Origin: Podarcis liolepis | Lineage: Eukaryota | NCBI GenBank assembly: GCA_965112155.1 | Contig: OZ218104.1 | Length of the DNA stretch: 64,000 nt | Direction: 5' to 3' (one strand) | Part shown: positions 1 to 13,800 of the stretch, in pieces | Layout of the letters: the number at the start of each line of letters is the position of its first letter | Position numbering within the stretch: the first letter of the stretch is position 1 | The notes under the pieces: model-generated | What the model was told of the DNA's origin: nothing | Database searches by the model: none | Seen by the model: the letters and a program-made list of their open reading frames with translations, nothing else | Position numbers and translations under genes: made by a program

Positions 1-884
1 TTCTCCCTCTGCAGGGACTGCAGCTTTCAGCCTTCATTCCCAATCAGCAGCCAAGAGCGTTTCTGCTTGCTCATTACTGGAGTTTGGGGTGGGGTGCTTC
101 CTGGTTTGGTTCTCCCTCCCCCATTTAAATATCACCAGAGCGTCTTCAGCTGAAGGGGAAAGTGGCTCACATACCCCTCGCAAAGTCACTCTGGGTAGAA
201 TTGGCCAGTTTTGCTGGGGGCTGGTGCCAAGGAGAGCTGAATTCCGTTCAATTCAATTATTTTTGCATAAGCATCTCTTATCTCATATCATTTATTCTGG
301 CTTGCCAGTTTGGGGGGGGGGGAGCAGGGAGCAGTCCACACAAGGCAGAGAAGCACCATTGCCTCCAACTGTTTGACCATCACAATCTATTCCTTCTGGT
401 GTTTCTTTACAGCTTTGTTTAACTTGGATGCTTGCTTAGTTTAAAAAAGAACAGCAAGTGAAACCCAGGCTGAGACTCTCGGGGAGCTGGATGCGGCTGT
501 GAGATTATGTGCTCCCATAGGATTATGATGTGCGATCAAGAGATGGCTGGCATCTTTCTCCTCCGCAGAGGAGCACAGTGGGAAAGCCTCTAGACCTGCT
601 AAAAAAGAGTGATCCCTCTTATCCCTGGATCAGTTGCTCTCCAACAAACATCTGCTTAACTCCCATCAAGTGCCTTTGGCACCCAAGAGCAGGTTTCAGG
701 CTCAGTGGCCTCCTAGCTCCTCCACTCCTCTTCAGTTGCTTCTCAGAGGCATTGATTTGGGAGCGCCACTCTGCTGCACTCCCAGGGAGCAACGTAGCAA
801 AAAAAATGTTGGCACATCTTAGGTTTTTCCCCAGCACTAAACAGCACCCTGTTAGAGGTGGACATTCCTAAGCAGTGGAAAAAA

Positions 885-1340
885 GTTATTATTTATTCAA
901 TTGATATACCTTTTGTCAAAAGATCCCAGGGTGGTGAGCAACATTTAAGAACACATTTTACGGAGCACAATAATGAAAACATAATAAATAGCATAATAAT
1001 AGACAGCATGATAATAAAATAACTGTAATAGCAGTCTGCCCCCCCCCCCCCCGCGCTTTAACAGGCCATGGAATATTTAATGGCCAAAGGCCTGGGTAAA
1101 GAGGAATGTTTTTGCCTGGCACCTGAAGACATTTAATGATGGTGCCAAGTGAGCCTCTCTGGGGAGAACATTCCACAGATGGGGAGCCACCACAGAAAAG
1201 GCCAGTGCTCTTGTTGCAGCCTTCCAAACCTTTCTGGGAGGGAGGACATAGAGAAGGGCATTGGGCACCAAGCGCAGGGTTTGGGTCGGTTTGTATGGGA
1301 GAGGCAGACCTTAAGGTATTGAGGTTCTGAGCCAAATGTC
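885..1340 (-). mobile_element. L2-like LINE 3' fragment
   Basis: Minus-strand peptide ALAFSVVAPHLWNVLPRE...KTFLFTQAF is typical of the L2 ORF2 end; boundaries approximate. Confidence 0.7.
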
Positions 1341-1588
1341 CCTGATGTCTTTAGATAGCTTTGGTCAGGTCTGGACTTGAAACTGCAGAAATGCTTTGAT
1401 AGGGTCCTACTACCCTTTCTGTGCAGTGGCTGGTTGGGGTGGAGGCGCCATTAACACAGGCTCCCCTTCTGTCCCAGAACAATTTGGTACCACCAGTAAA
1501 ACTCGGTTGCCTCATTGCTCACCCCCAGCCTTGTCTTCCTTCTCCTGCCCCTCTTTCAGTTTTGCACTGTGTCTCTTAGATTGTAAGC

Positions 1589-1724
1589 CAGGCTTCCTCA
1601 ACCTCGGCCCTCCAGATGTTTTGAGACTACAATTCCCATCATCCCTGACCACTGGTCCTGCTAGCTAGAGATCATGGGAGTTGTAGGCTGAAAACTTCTG
1701 GAGGGCCGAGGTGGAGGAAGCCTG
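1589..1724. mobile_element. Palindromic hAT-type MITE (136 bp)
   Basis: Long inverted arms starting CAGGCTTCCTCAACCTCGGCCCTCCAGA; degenerate 8-bp TSD TTGTAAGC/TTGTAGGT. Confidence 0.82.
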
Positions 1725-2710
1725 TTGTAGGTCTGCTAGTGGAGACTGTTATGTCTTCATTTTTTCCACGGCCCTTACTAAGAGCTTTAAAAATGCATCC
1801 CTTCATAAACTGATTTCCAGGGCTGAAAAGCCAAATGGATTCCCAAGCTCATGCGAATAGACCCACCTGTCATAAAGATCAGCCCTTCCTGTTCCAAGTG
1901 GTTCTGTTTGCCTCTTGTTGGCGTCTTCCATTTTGTAGTGCAGTATTTCTGCAGGTGGTGGTTGGCATGGTGGGGGAGAAAAGCCTTAAGGCGGATTTTG
2001 TTTTATTTTTGGTCTCAGTCTTCCCTTGCGTGCATTCTGGCAGTGGTGCCATGTGCAGGGTTTAATTTTATCCAGGCCTTGCCTACATCCTGAGGTCCTA
2101 ATTGACGCTTTGATTGCCCGCCAGCATTAGGGGTGCAGCTGCACAAATCAGCCATCTCTGAGCTTTTCTGGATTCCCCCTGGATATCCGAGTGAGCAGGT
2201 CTTTCTGAGATGTTTAAAAATGGGATGGTTTGTCTCTTAATCTGCACAGGCCACTCTCTGAAATAGATGGTGGTACAGGAGCATGCAGCTCATGCATTCG
2301 TAATAGTGAACATCAGTTCTAGAGCAGTGTAGCAAGGAGGCAATACTTTCCTGCTTGGAGTTTACAGATTTGGATTTGGCAGAGAAGATAGCGGTGGGCA
2401 CGTAGTTAGACTACAGAACTCACTGCCACAGGAGTCAGCAACAGCCACTAGCTGGGATGCCTTGGAAAGAAGGTTGGACAAATACTTAAGGCTGTTAGTG
2501 GCAACTGGCTATGACCGCTATGCCGTACCTCCACATCTGGAAGCAGTAATGCTTCTGAATGCCAGTTGCTTGAAGCAACAGGAGGAGACAGTGTTTCTCA
2601 TAGTGGCATCTGATTGGCCATTGTGACAACAGGATGCTGGTCTTGGATGGGCCACCTGATCCAGCAGGCTTCCCTTACTTGGGGTGAACAAATGCAGGGA
2701 TGACCATTTG

Positions 2711-4104
2711 CAAATTAAATTTTTATTGATTTTCAGTACACATACATACATTCATAAATTACACAGATATACCGGTAGGTTACATATTTAACTTAGGCTC
2801 GATCATGCCTCTGACTTCCCTCCATTTCTTTGGTAAGTATCAAATAAAGTTCTAATATCACGTACTCTATATATCTTATTATCAACTACACTCTGTAAGA
2901 GTTATTCCAACCCTACCAGTGTCTTCAAAGATTTACAATTGTTTCTTATATACATCAAATATTTACTCCAATTTTCTTGAAACTCCTGCTCGTCCTGATC
3001 TCTTAATTTTCCTGATAGTCTAGCCAGTTCTGCGTAGTCCATCATTTTAACCTGCCAGTCCATTATATTCGGTATTATGTCTGTTTTCCAATTCTGAGCT
3101 AACATATTTCTGGCTGCTGTCATGGCAAATAAAAAAAGGTTTTTATCTTTTTTTTCAATTTCCTTTCCAATCAATCCCAGTAGAAAAGCTTCAGGTCTTT
3201 TTGGGAAAGTATATTTAAAGATTTTTTTAAGTTCGTTATAGATTAGTTCCCAAAAGCCCTTCACTTTACTACAGGTCCACCACATATGGTAGAGGTCTCC
3301 CTCCACCTCTCCACACTTCCAACATTTCTTATTTTTTGTTCTATACATCCTTGCTAGTTTTACCGGTGTTAGATGCCATCTGTAGATCATTTTCCACAAA
3401 TTCTCTTTTAAAGCAGTACAAGCCGTAAATTTCATGTTTACATTTCATAGTTCTTGCCACGCATCAAAATCGATATTATGGCCGAAATCAATAGCCCATT
3501 TAACCATAGCTTCCTTTATCTCTTCGTCTTTCATATACCAATCCAATAATAAATCGTATGTTTTTGATAATAATTTATTTTTACCTTCTAGAATATCAAT
3601 ATTAAATTTAGATTTCTTATCCTCAAATCCCTTTTTCCTTTTATCTTCTTTTAGTAGATCATTAACTTGGTGATACTGTAACCATCCTGTATATAAATTC
3701 TCTACCTCTTTATACGGTTTGAGTTTTATATCTTGATCTGTCTTTTTGATTAGTTCTTCATAAGTAGCTTTTTTCCCTTCCATATTAACTTTTTTGATAA
3801 TTAAAACTTCTATTGGTGAAATCCACCAAGGGGTTTTCCTTTCCAATAGGTCTTTGTTTCTTTCCCAAACTTGAAATATTGATCCTCTGATTATATGGTT
3901 TAGAAAACCCTTGTGAACTTTCACCTTCTCATACCATAGGTACGAGTGCCACCCGTACCTATTATCAAAACCTTCTAAGTCTAAGAGATTGGTGTTTTCT
4001 AATTTTATCCAGTCTTTCACCCATGTTAAACAAGCCGCTTCGTAGTATAGACTCAGTTCTGGCAGGGAAAAACCTCCTCTTTCTTTTTTATCCAAGGGAT
4101 AAAA
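2711..4104 (-). mobile_element. 5'-truncated L1-like LINE (ORF2 C-terminus plus 3' UTR)
   Basis: ORF2 end with CCHC motif CWKCGEVEGDLYHMWWTC. One in-frame TGA at 3445-3447. AATAAA on the minus strand near 2722. Perfect 15-bp TSD AGGGATGACCATTTG at 2696-2710 and 4105-4119. Confidence 0.9.
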
Positions 4105-4259
4105 AGGGATGACCATTTGAAGGTGCTTAAAAATGGCCCATGTCTTTCAGCGTTAAGGTCTCTGGTAACGAACTAAGGTTTTCCCCAACAAGGAATAGGG
4201 ATGAATGTAAGGAACTGCAGCTGTGAGTGAGCATTGGGAGGTTAAGCCAAAGATAGGAA

Positions 4260-4483
4260 CAATGAACTTGTAATCTGGTGAGCCGGGTTCGCGTCTCCGC
4301 TCCTCCACATGCAGCTGCTGGGTGACCTTAGGCTAGTCACACTTCTCTGAAGTCTCTCAGCTTCACTCACCTCACAGAGTGTTTGTTGTGGGGGAGGAAG
4401 GGAAAGGAGATTGTTAGCCGCTTTGAGACTCCTTCGGGTCGTGATAAAGCGGGATATCAAATCCAAACTCTTCTTCCTCTTCT
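4260..4483 (+). mobile_element. Squam3-like tRNA-derived SINE
   Basis: B-box GGTTCGCGTCTCC, LINE-like tail ...AAAGCGGGATATCAAATCC then (TCT)n; 5' boundary approximate. Confidence 0.8.
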
Positions 4484-4645
4484 AGGGGAGTGGGTTTTCA
4501 GAAGGGCTTGCAAAGGCAATGGCAGAGCAAAGGTTTTTCTTGCTGTTCCAGGCAGAAGACGACTGGGCGCTGAAGAGAGCAAGGCACTGAAACAGCTGAG
4601 CACAATGCCATTTAACACCAAGGGCTTGTTTCTTTGTTTCTCCAG

Positions 4646-4774
4646 GGGACAATTAGCGTTGGAATAGACGCCACTGACCTCTTTGATCGGTACGATGAGG
4701 AGTACGAAGAAGTGCCAGGGAGCAGCTTTCCCCATGTTGAAATTAACAAAATGCACATATCGCAGTCCATTGAG
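4646..4774 (+). CDS. DNAJC11: DNAJC11 exon 5 (129 bp)
   Basis: tccag|GGGACA ... ATTGAG|gtaaag; GTISVG...QSIE. Confidence 0.95.
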
Positions 4775-4781
4775 GTAAAGT

Positions 4782-4854
<73 letters not shown>

Positions 4855-7800
4855 TAAAAAGGGGTTCTCTGTTAATGAGGCACCTCAGCACAGAGCAACG
4901 GGAAATGAAATTTGGCTCAGGGATGCAATTATCTGTTTCGAAATGGCACCGGAGGAAGTGGGGAAGGGAAGGTTCACTTGCGGCTGAGCCCATGTGCTGT
5001 CAGAGTCTCTCATGCGCTCAAGTGCTGTGCTTGGGCACCCCATTTGTATGCCACACACCTCCCATCTCTGGAAGCAGAGAGTCTTCACAGGCTCTGCGTG
5101 TGTTGCTCAAAAGCTGTATCCCAGGCAGAGGGTGTTAGTACTAGTAAAGAAAAGGTATGGTAAAGGACCCCTGGATGGTTAAGTCCAGTCAAAGGTGACT
5201 ATGGGGTGTGGCGCTTATCTCACATTTCAGGCTGAGGGAGCCAGTATTTGTCCACAGACAGCTTTCGTGGCCAGCATGACTAAACTGCTTCGGGCGCAAC
5301 AGAACACCGTGACGGAAACCAGAGCGCATGGAAACGCTGTTTACCTTCCCGCCGCAGCAGTACCTATTTATCTACTTGCATTGGTATTGCTTTTGAACAG
5401 CTAGGTTGACAGAAGCTGGGATAGAGCAACAGGAGCTCACCCCATCGCACGGCAAGCCCAAGAGGCTCAGTGGTTTAGACCACAGCGCCACCTGTGTCCC
5501 ACTGTTAGTAGTAGTGGGGAAACCCAAAGACTCGATTCTGCTTCTTCTGCACACTTGGTCAGCATCCCCTGCCCACTGTTAGTTGAGCTGCAATATGATG
5601 GAGCATTCCGGGACACGCCAAGGACAGCAAGCGGCGGAGGGGCATTCATAAAACTAGTCAACAGCGCAGCTTCTTAGAGGGGTCGAATGCCAGGAGGCTG
5701 AGTGTAAAGAGAGCATACAGTGGACTTATTCAGTGGTTTGGTTGAATCATCACACCTCGAGTCTTGGCTAAGAGTGTATCTGCAGCAGATGATTGCTCTC
5801 AAATTCACCGGTTAATCTGATTCCACGTCTTGGGCATGTATGTCCACCCCTCCTACATGCAGAGGGCATCCGTGCAGCACACATTCTACCCACGTAGATG
5901 AGGCCACACAGTGTTGGGGCATAGAGTGTATTTCTCACTGTGGCCAACCAAATGCTTGCAGGGAACCTGCAAGCAGGAACCAAGCACAAGAACACTCTCC
6001 TGTCCTGTGGTTTCTAACAACTGGTATTCAGAAGCATTGCTGCCTCTTAAGTGTGGAGGCGGAGCACAGCTGTCATGGCTTGCCATCAATAGCTTTCTCC
6101 TCCATGAACTTGTCTCCTGTGTGCAGAGAGCATCAGTGCACACAGAGTTACGTTACACTCTCCCTGTACCCACTCAGGTGAGGCCACCTGGTGTTAAGTA
6201 TTCATTTATATGGGAGACTGTAAAGGGGTGCCATCCAGGTGGGTCTGCTTTGGGTGATACCTGCCACTGAGAGTTAGGCCTGCTGTAGATTGTGCAGGAC
6301 TCCTATGAGCTGCAACAAGACAGCTGCCTTTCTCTTGCAGGCTCCACTGACGGCCACAGACACTGCGATATTGTCGGGAAACCTCTCAACGCAGAACGGG
6401 AATGGCGGCGGCTCTGTGAACTTGGCTCTGAGGCGTGTGACGTCTGCCAAAGGCTGGGGAGAGGTAAGAGGACTGCTTTCTCCCAGTTTCCACCCTGTTT
6501 CTTGCTGTGTTTTGAGCCTTCTGGGCTGCTACTGCACCTATTCCTTCCCTGTTGGTGAGAGGTCACTGATTTCCCTTTTTTTAGGGCACCCAGGGCCCCT
6601 TTTTTTTCACTCTCTCGAAGCTGGGCGATGTCACTGTGCTGGACTAGGCTACCATCTGGACTTGCACAGATAACTTCCTGCTGTGAGCACCGCCGTGTTC
6701 CAGGGGAGGAAGCACCACCTGCCTCCTCTCCCTGGCTATACACTCCAGCGCCTATCCAGGCGTCCAAGTAGCTGCCACAGAGGAAGCTTGTTAGAGGCAG
6801 CTTGTACCGGTGAAGGGCTGTGGGCAGCTCATGACATTGAGCTCACTGACCAGCCCCAGAGCTTAACTGAGTCACGCTGATCTCACCTCTGTAGCTGTTG
6901 CTTCCTAACTCTTGTCCGTCTTCTTTTTGTGCAGATAGAGTTCGGAGCTGGAGACCTCCAGGGGCCTTTGTTTGGCCTGAAGGTGTTTCGGAATCTTACA
7001 CAAAGATGGTAAGACCTAGAAAGGGGCGGAGGACACCCTCCCAACACTAGAAACAACAGGACTGTTTTGTGATGTTATTATTTTTATTTCATTTCATTTA
7101 TATCCCACCCATCTGGCTGTTTTTCCCCAGCCACTTTGGGCAGCTTACAGCTTATATAAAAATACAACCAAACATCAAACCTTAAAAAACAGAATATGCA
7201 ACCAATTATTCATCACTATCTCTATGTGTCTCTTGCATCTACAGGCAACCAGACAACATACACAGTGGCACTGATATTAACCACCCACAGTGCCATTCAG
7301 AGTCTGAAACCAGTAGGAAGCCAGTTTTCCATCTTATGGTTACCTTTTCTTTCAGGGCCCTGGTGTCTCTCTCAGAAAATACATGGCAGGCTGAAATGTA
7401 AATAATGTAACCATGTCAAACCTATGGATTCAGAGATGTAGAATCGTTTGCTGTACAGTGGTACCTCGGGTTAAGAACTTAATTATTTCTGGAGGTCCAT
7501 TCTTAACCTGAAACTGTTCTTAACCTGAGGCACCACTTTAGCTAATGGGGCCTCCCACTGCCGCTGCTCCGCTGCTGCGCGACTTCTGTTCTCATCCTGA
7601 AGCAAAGTTCTTAACCCGAGGTACTATTTCTGGGTTAGCAGAGTCTGTAACCTGAAGCGTCTGTAACCCGAGGTACCACTGTATTAAGTTCTTCCTTATG
7701 AAAGAGGCTCATGGTGGAGCCAAGGTCCGTCTAGCATCTCCATATGAAAGTGCTTTTCAGCTGATGCCGCAAAGCATAGTCTTGAAACAGGAGCAGGTGC

Positions 7801-10800
7801 CTGCAAAGTGTCCCTGGCCTTCCAGTGAGACAAACAGCTGCCTCTCATAGGCCCTACAGTTTAGAAAGGGCAGGAAAGAGGATCAAGTGTCTCTCCCTCT
7901 TCTTTCATTCTCTCTTTCTCAAAAGGACAAGTCAATATTAGTAGGGAAACCTCCCCCCCGGCTGCATGAACTCTCCCCAAGCACAAATTGAACTTGGGAG
8001 AGACAGCAGGGGTCACCATGTTGCCCCTTGTGTTGCTTGAGCCCCAGCCCCATTTCCCCTGCCAGGTGTAAGGGATCTACTCTGGCAACCCCTGGGAGTT
8101 AGCGCCAACTACCAAAGAGAGGGATCCCTGAATTTCTCGCCCACGTGTATTCCTCTCTATTTCTGTTCCGGCTGGATTTTCCTTGACCCTCCAGTTGTCA
8201 TTTTGTTTGTTAGAGGTGAGAGAGGGGAAAATGCAAAAAGAAGGGAGTGTAGTATGGGAAAGAGAAAAGCTTACACAGGAAGTTTAAAATATTCAAAGTG
8301 GCTTGCAGGTTAGGATTAAACTTGGATCGATGGCTCTGCTCTGCCTCCACGGTTGGAAACGATAAATGCATCTGAATGCCAGTTGCTGGAAACGGCAGGA
8401 GGGGAGAGTGTGCTTGCCCTTGAATCCTGCTTGTCCATCCTCATGAGCCTCTTCTTTACAGGGGTGCAATATCCCTCTGTGGCCAGAAGATGGCCTTTGC
8501 TTCTGCCTTAGCTCAGAACTTTCCAAAAGGAAATATTGGAAAAGTTGCCACTTTTGACAGCTTCCAGTTCAGTTCCTAGTGGGCAGCAAGGGCAGGGCCA
8601 GCTATCGCACTCATCCAAAGCTGCCCAGTGCTGTCATCATTGATAGGCAGCAGCTGTCTGGGGTCTTTGGCCTGGAGCTGCCAGTGTTATAAGAAAATAC
8701 CTCTTAATTCCCTTATGGGGTATCTAGAGCCCATAGAGAGTCCCTCGAGAGATCTCTATCGGTCAGAGAGAAAGCAGTGGCCAACCAGAGTATATTGAAA
8801 GGAAAGGCGGCTAGTAATGCTGATCTTTATTAAAGGAAATAAACTGTTACAACAGGGTCCCCACTCACCACACGCAGGAAGGAGGAGAACCCTGAACAAT
8901 GGTGCGCAAGCCCCTGTAAAGACTTTTCAAAGCCTTTTGAAAGCCCTAGACCACCCTCCTAAACATCATACATACATCACAGAAGGAGGCAGTCTCCAGC
9001 AGAAATGTGAGAGTGTTGCTTCATTCCTGTCTGCCAGGATACCTGATAATGCCTTACTTGATTGCATTTTCTGAGTAGCCTGGCCATTCCTTTGAGATGG
9101 TAAATACTTTAGTTCCTTTATCTCTTACAAATATTGAATCCTGAATTTCTTACAAATATAGTTTGCTCAGCCTAACGAATACTTTCCAGACTGTATTTTC
9201 AGGGAGGTGTAAGCCCCTACAATCCAAAGACAATTGGAAAGCTTTTCCCATTTCCTTCCTCCTTGCAGAGAAATATTTGAGGTCAATTTGGGAGAGTCAA
9301 AATGGCTTCTCCTGTACTATTTCAGACACATGGTTTATATACTTAAGTATGTGTGTTTGTCTTGTACATTTATGAACATTTATTCTATATTTGAGACCTT
9401 AGAGTTCTTATAACACCAGGGACTGGCCTGCAACACCTGTGCTCTGCCACAGACCAGTGGCCAGCTAATAACTGACTCCACGCATTTCCTAGATCTACAA
9501 GTGTCAGCAGAGATGACGGTACATGCCTGGCCTAGCAGAAGTAAGGGCATCGCAATAGTGAACTGCAACACGGGGGCCAGTAACTGCCGCTCATTACTGT
9601 TTAATTCCTGGCATCTGTTGTGTGGGCATGCAGCAGTTGGAATGGATAGGGCCCAGTCGCCCTGTGGGTTGACTCTGGCAGAGCCGACCGAGACCCTTGA
9701 GCTGGCCCCTGTGTCAACTTGTCCTTGGCATAACGTGCAGCTGACTCCATTCTTCAGGCCCAGCACATTTCCTAGAGAGCAGAGGTAGAGAGTGTGCTGT
9801 TGGCTGGCGTTTTGCCCCTGAAGAGAACAGGGCAGCTTGGTTTGGTGTGTGGGGATCTATGTACACATCAGAGCATGACGGAGCTTTGAGCAGCTTCCAG
9901 AATCCCAAGCTGATAATCCTCCTCTTCTCCTTTCCCAACTCCCAAGAGATGTTGCTGGAGGAGGAGGAGGCGTGCATGTCCATCTGTAAGTCGGAGGCTC
10001 TAATTGAAGCTGGGATAACTTGTCTGCTGCACACCTCAAGCTCTCCTGGCCTTAAGAAGGGAATGGATGTGGCTGTAGCTAGGGAGCAGGGTGTAGCTGG
10101 GAGAGAGGCTCCTCTTGAGCAGCAGTTGCCTAAACAGAAGAGGGAAAACCTTTCGGTTTCACTGAGAGGATTTTCCTTCTAAGCCTCTTCCTGCCATCCC
10201 CTTGTTCGCAGCTTCATCACGACAAACTGTGCACTGCAGTTCTCCTCCCGAGGGATCCGCCCGGGCCTTACAACCGTCCTGGCAAGGAACCTGGACAAGA
10301 ACACCATGGGCTACTTGCAGTGGCGCTGGGGCATTCAGTCGGCAATGAATACGAGCATCGTCCGGGACACCAAAACCAGCCACTTCACAATGGCGTTTCA
10401 GGTAGGGCGGCCCTCCATCCTTTGGCTCCAACTGTTCTCTGCAATGACTGTCTGCTCTTTGAGGGTGGGGGAGACCTGTTCTGGCAACTCAGGGAGTCTT
10501 TTGAGTTGAAGTGGAGCACTTTGAATTGATAAGTCACCTCTTTTGATCTGCTGACTGGCGTGTGACTCTGGGGATTAAGAGGAGGATGAGGCTTCATCCA
10601 CTCCTGAGGAATCTGTGTGGGCCGCCCAACTGTCTATACCTGAGCCACACTCCACAGCGTGGTCTCTGAACATGGCCATGTATAGCTATTGTGAACAACC
10701 CTACCCTAAACCACGTGATTACCTAAACCACAACTGCGTCTCCTGACAGTGAGTTGCATGAATGAATTAGGCATAGTATGGAGAAGTGGCTCCCTTTTGT

Positions 10801-13800
10801 CCGCCTGGGATCTACCGCCAGTAGGCAAGGGACAGGAAGTGTGTTGGCATATGTGGGTGAAAGCGAGGGAGACAGAAGTGAAGGAAGAGGGTTGGCTGAC
10901 CTTCCTGTTTCTCTCATGCCACAGCTGGGCATTCCTCACTCCTTCATGATGGTCAGTTACCAGCACAAATTTCAGGACGAGGATCAGACGCGAGTGAAAG
11001 GATCTCTCAAGTAAGTCCCAGCCCAGAGGTTTGCCCCTGGCAGGTATAACTAGCAGGCAGGAGGCAGCTTTTGGCATAGGGGTTTGTGCAAGGGAGTCAG
11101 CCTCTTGCAACGGTTGCTTTAAGGATGCATGGGCAAGAAGGTGGCATCCTTCTGCAGCTGCAGTGCTCACCATCTGGAAACCAGATGTAGCAGGCATGCC
11201 AGGTGCTGCCTCAGTTCCTCTTCCTTTCTGGAGGGGAAGGGAGACCCATCAGGCAAGGGGGTGAATTGGCGAGGTATGCAGAAGATGAGACCCGGTGATC
11301 CTGAGAGGCAGAGCCTGTCCCTCTGCTTACTGTTCCCAAATACTTTTGTTTCAGAGCTGGTTTCTTTGGGACCATCGTGGAATATGGGGCGGAGCGGAAA
11401 ATCTCCAGGCACAGCGTCCTTGGAGCCACCGTCAGTGTGGGTGTACCCCAGGGAGTCTCTCTGAAAATCAAGTGAGTTGGCAGCCTGAGTTCTGGGGCTG
11501 CTTTCCACAGACTGGTGCGCTCTGGGTGCGCTGGACAGCAGCAGTCATCAGCACCAGGTTGGGGAAGGATGCTCTAGGGAGCGGCTCCTCCTGCCTCTGG
11601 TCTTGCATTTTGCTGCTGGTACTTGCCGAGGGACTTCATGGAAAGCCACTGGACTGAGCTGCATGTAAGGGTTGGCATTCTTGGGACCCCTTGCCAAGTC
11701 CCACTTCTCAGCACGATGCCCACTGTGAGCTCCTCAATCCCCTGGGCCTTGCCCCTCCACTGGACTAGTAGTTTAGAATGAACACACTATGTTTGTGTGT
11801 TGACCTGCACCCAAGCTGTAGAGCCAGAAGAGGGCTCTAGGAGTTCAAGATTTGCGGAAGTGCCAGGGAAGATCAGTTCTAATGCTTTATTAAAGAAAAG
11901 AAATAGACCTACAGCAAGAAGCAGCCTGTCAGTTCCCCTTGCCCTTGCAGATGTGGGATGGACGCTACAGCAAGTAGTCTCCACAGCAAGGAGGTGGCTT
12001 GTCCGACGATGGACTGTCTGCACCCAGCCTAAAGCACATGCTTTATACACATTTATACATTTATACACTAAGGCAGTTTACATCAGCCAGCTGACCAGGG
12101 GTACAGGTGGAAGGCACTCAGAACATCCCAGTTCCCACAGATAGGGGTACCATGAAAGCTAGGCCGATTAGGATATCAAAGCAGGCATTTGTAAACATAT
12201 ATGAGCTACAGCTACTTCCAGTGAATTGTAGGGTTATGTTGAGTACTCACATGGTGTCAGCATAGCTTCTGGAGCAAGTTCACCTTCGGGGCAACACAGT
12301 ATGTCTAACAACCAGATACAGTGGTACCTCGCAAGACGAATGCCTCGCAAGACAAAAAACTCGCTAGACGAAAGGTTTTTCCGTTTTCGATTTGCCTCGC
12401 AAGACGAATTCCCCTATGGGCTTGCTTCGCAAGACGAAAACGTCTTGCGACTTTGTTAAACCGTTTAAACCGTGCTTCGCAAGACGAAAAATTCGCTAGA
12501 CGGCAAAACTTGCGGAACGAATTAATTTCGTCTTGCGAGGCACCACTGTACCTGTTAAAGCTGTGTCTGCTGGAGACACTGATCACAACATGTGCCGCTG
12601 TCATTCTGGTTGGCATGTTTCAGTTTTGCCAGCAGAGGGCTCCAGAACACAGCAGAACGGTCTGGGAAAAGTGGGAAGATCAGTGATCAGACTTCAGAGC
12701 CTGTCTCTCGCTCTCTTCCCGCCCCCTGCTAAAAGAGCTCAGCAGCCTTGAGTAATGAAACATGGAGGAGGGATTGCCTTAAATTTGTGTGCCTGGGCAG
12801 ACATGTGTCATCTAGCTGGGCAGGTTTGGGGCCCTCCTCTTACTGCTCTAAAGTTCTGGCTGTGGGTCTCCCGCCACTCAAGCCATCCCTTGCCACACCA
12901 GGATCACCAAAGTCCCATTGCAACCTGGCAGCAGATGATTGAGCAGGACAAGGAACCAGAGAGTCGGGCACGCTCTCTCTCTCCCTCCCCTGGCCCCTTG
13001 CGTATTGACTCCTGCAGGTTCTCTGTGCCTGCCTTGCCAGCTAACTGCTCTTCTTTCCCCCGCATCTCAGGCTGAACCGAGCCAGCCAGACCTACTTCTT
13101 CCCCATCCACTTGACAGACCAGCTGCTGCCCAGCGCAGTCTTCTACGCCACGGCGGGGCCCCTCGTCATCTACTTCGCCATGCACAGGCTCATCATCAGG
13201 CCTTACCTGAGGGCGCAGAAGGAGAAGTGAGTGCCCCGAAAGCATTCCCAGCATGCACTGGGGGAGGATAGAGGTGGGACTGACCTGCAGGGCACAGCAC
13301 AGCAAAGGCAGCTGGTGATGGAGGAGAGGGCTGCCCAGTGTGTACATGAGAGGCAGTATATCCCTGGAAACAAGCTGCCAGGGGTGGGGCAGCAAGCGAG
13401 GTTTGTAGCATTACAGGCCTTCTAGCGGTCCTTCTGGAAGTTTCTGGCCACCCACTGTGGGGGAAGCAGGGGTGGTGGTTTGGCAGAGGGTGGGGGGAAC
13501 ACCCTCCTGCCCTTTTCCACAGAGGGTGGAGGGATTTTTGGAGCGAGAAGAAGGAACCAGACTCTGGGCTGCAAAGGGAGTATTTCTGTGACTTGCATAG
13601 AAAACCATCCAGAGGATACCTTCCTGCTCTCGCCAATTAACATGAGATGCAATCCATCATCATTGGGAAGCCCTCCTGCTTTGGGGGCCCTTGATACAGT
13701 GGTACCTCTGGTTACATACGCTTCAGGTTCCACACTCCGCTAACCCAGAAATAGTGCTTCTGGTAAAGAACTTTGCTTCAGGATAAGAACAGAAATCGGG

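Noticed and set aside
12319-12548. Spaced short repeats that look CRISPR-like
   Set aside because: Eukaryotic intron, irregular spacing, mixed orientation, and bounded by TIRs and TA: a MITE.
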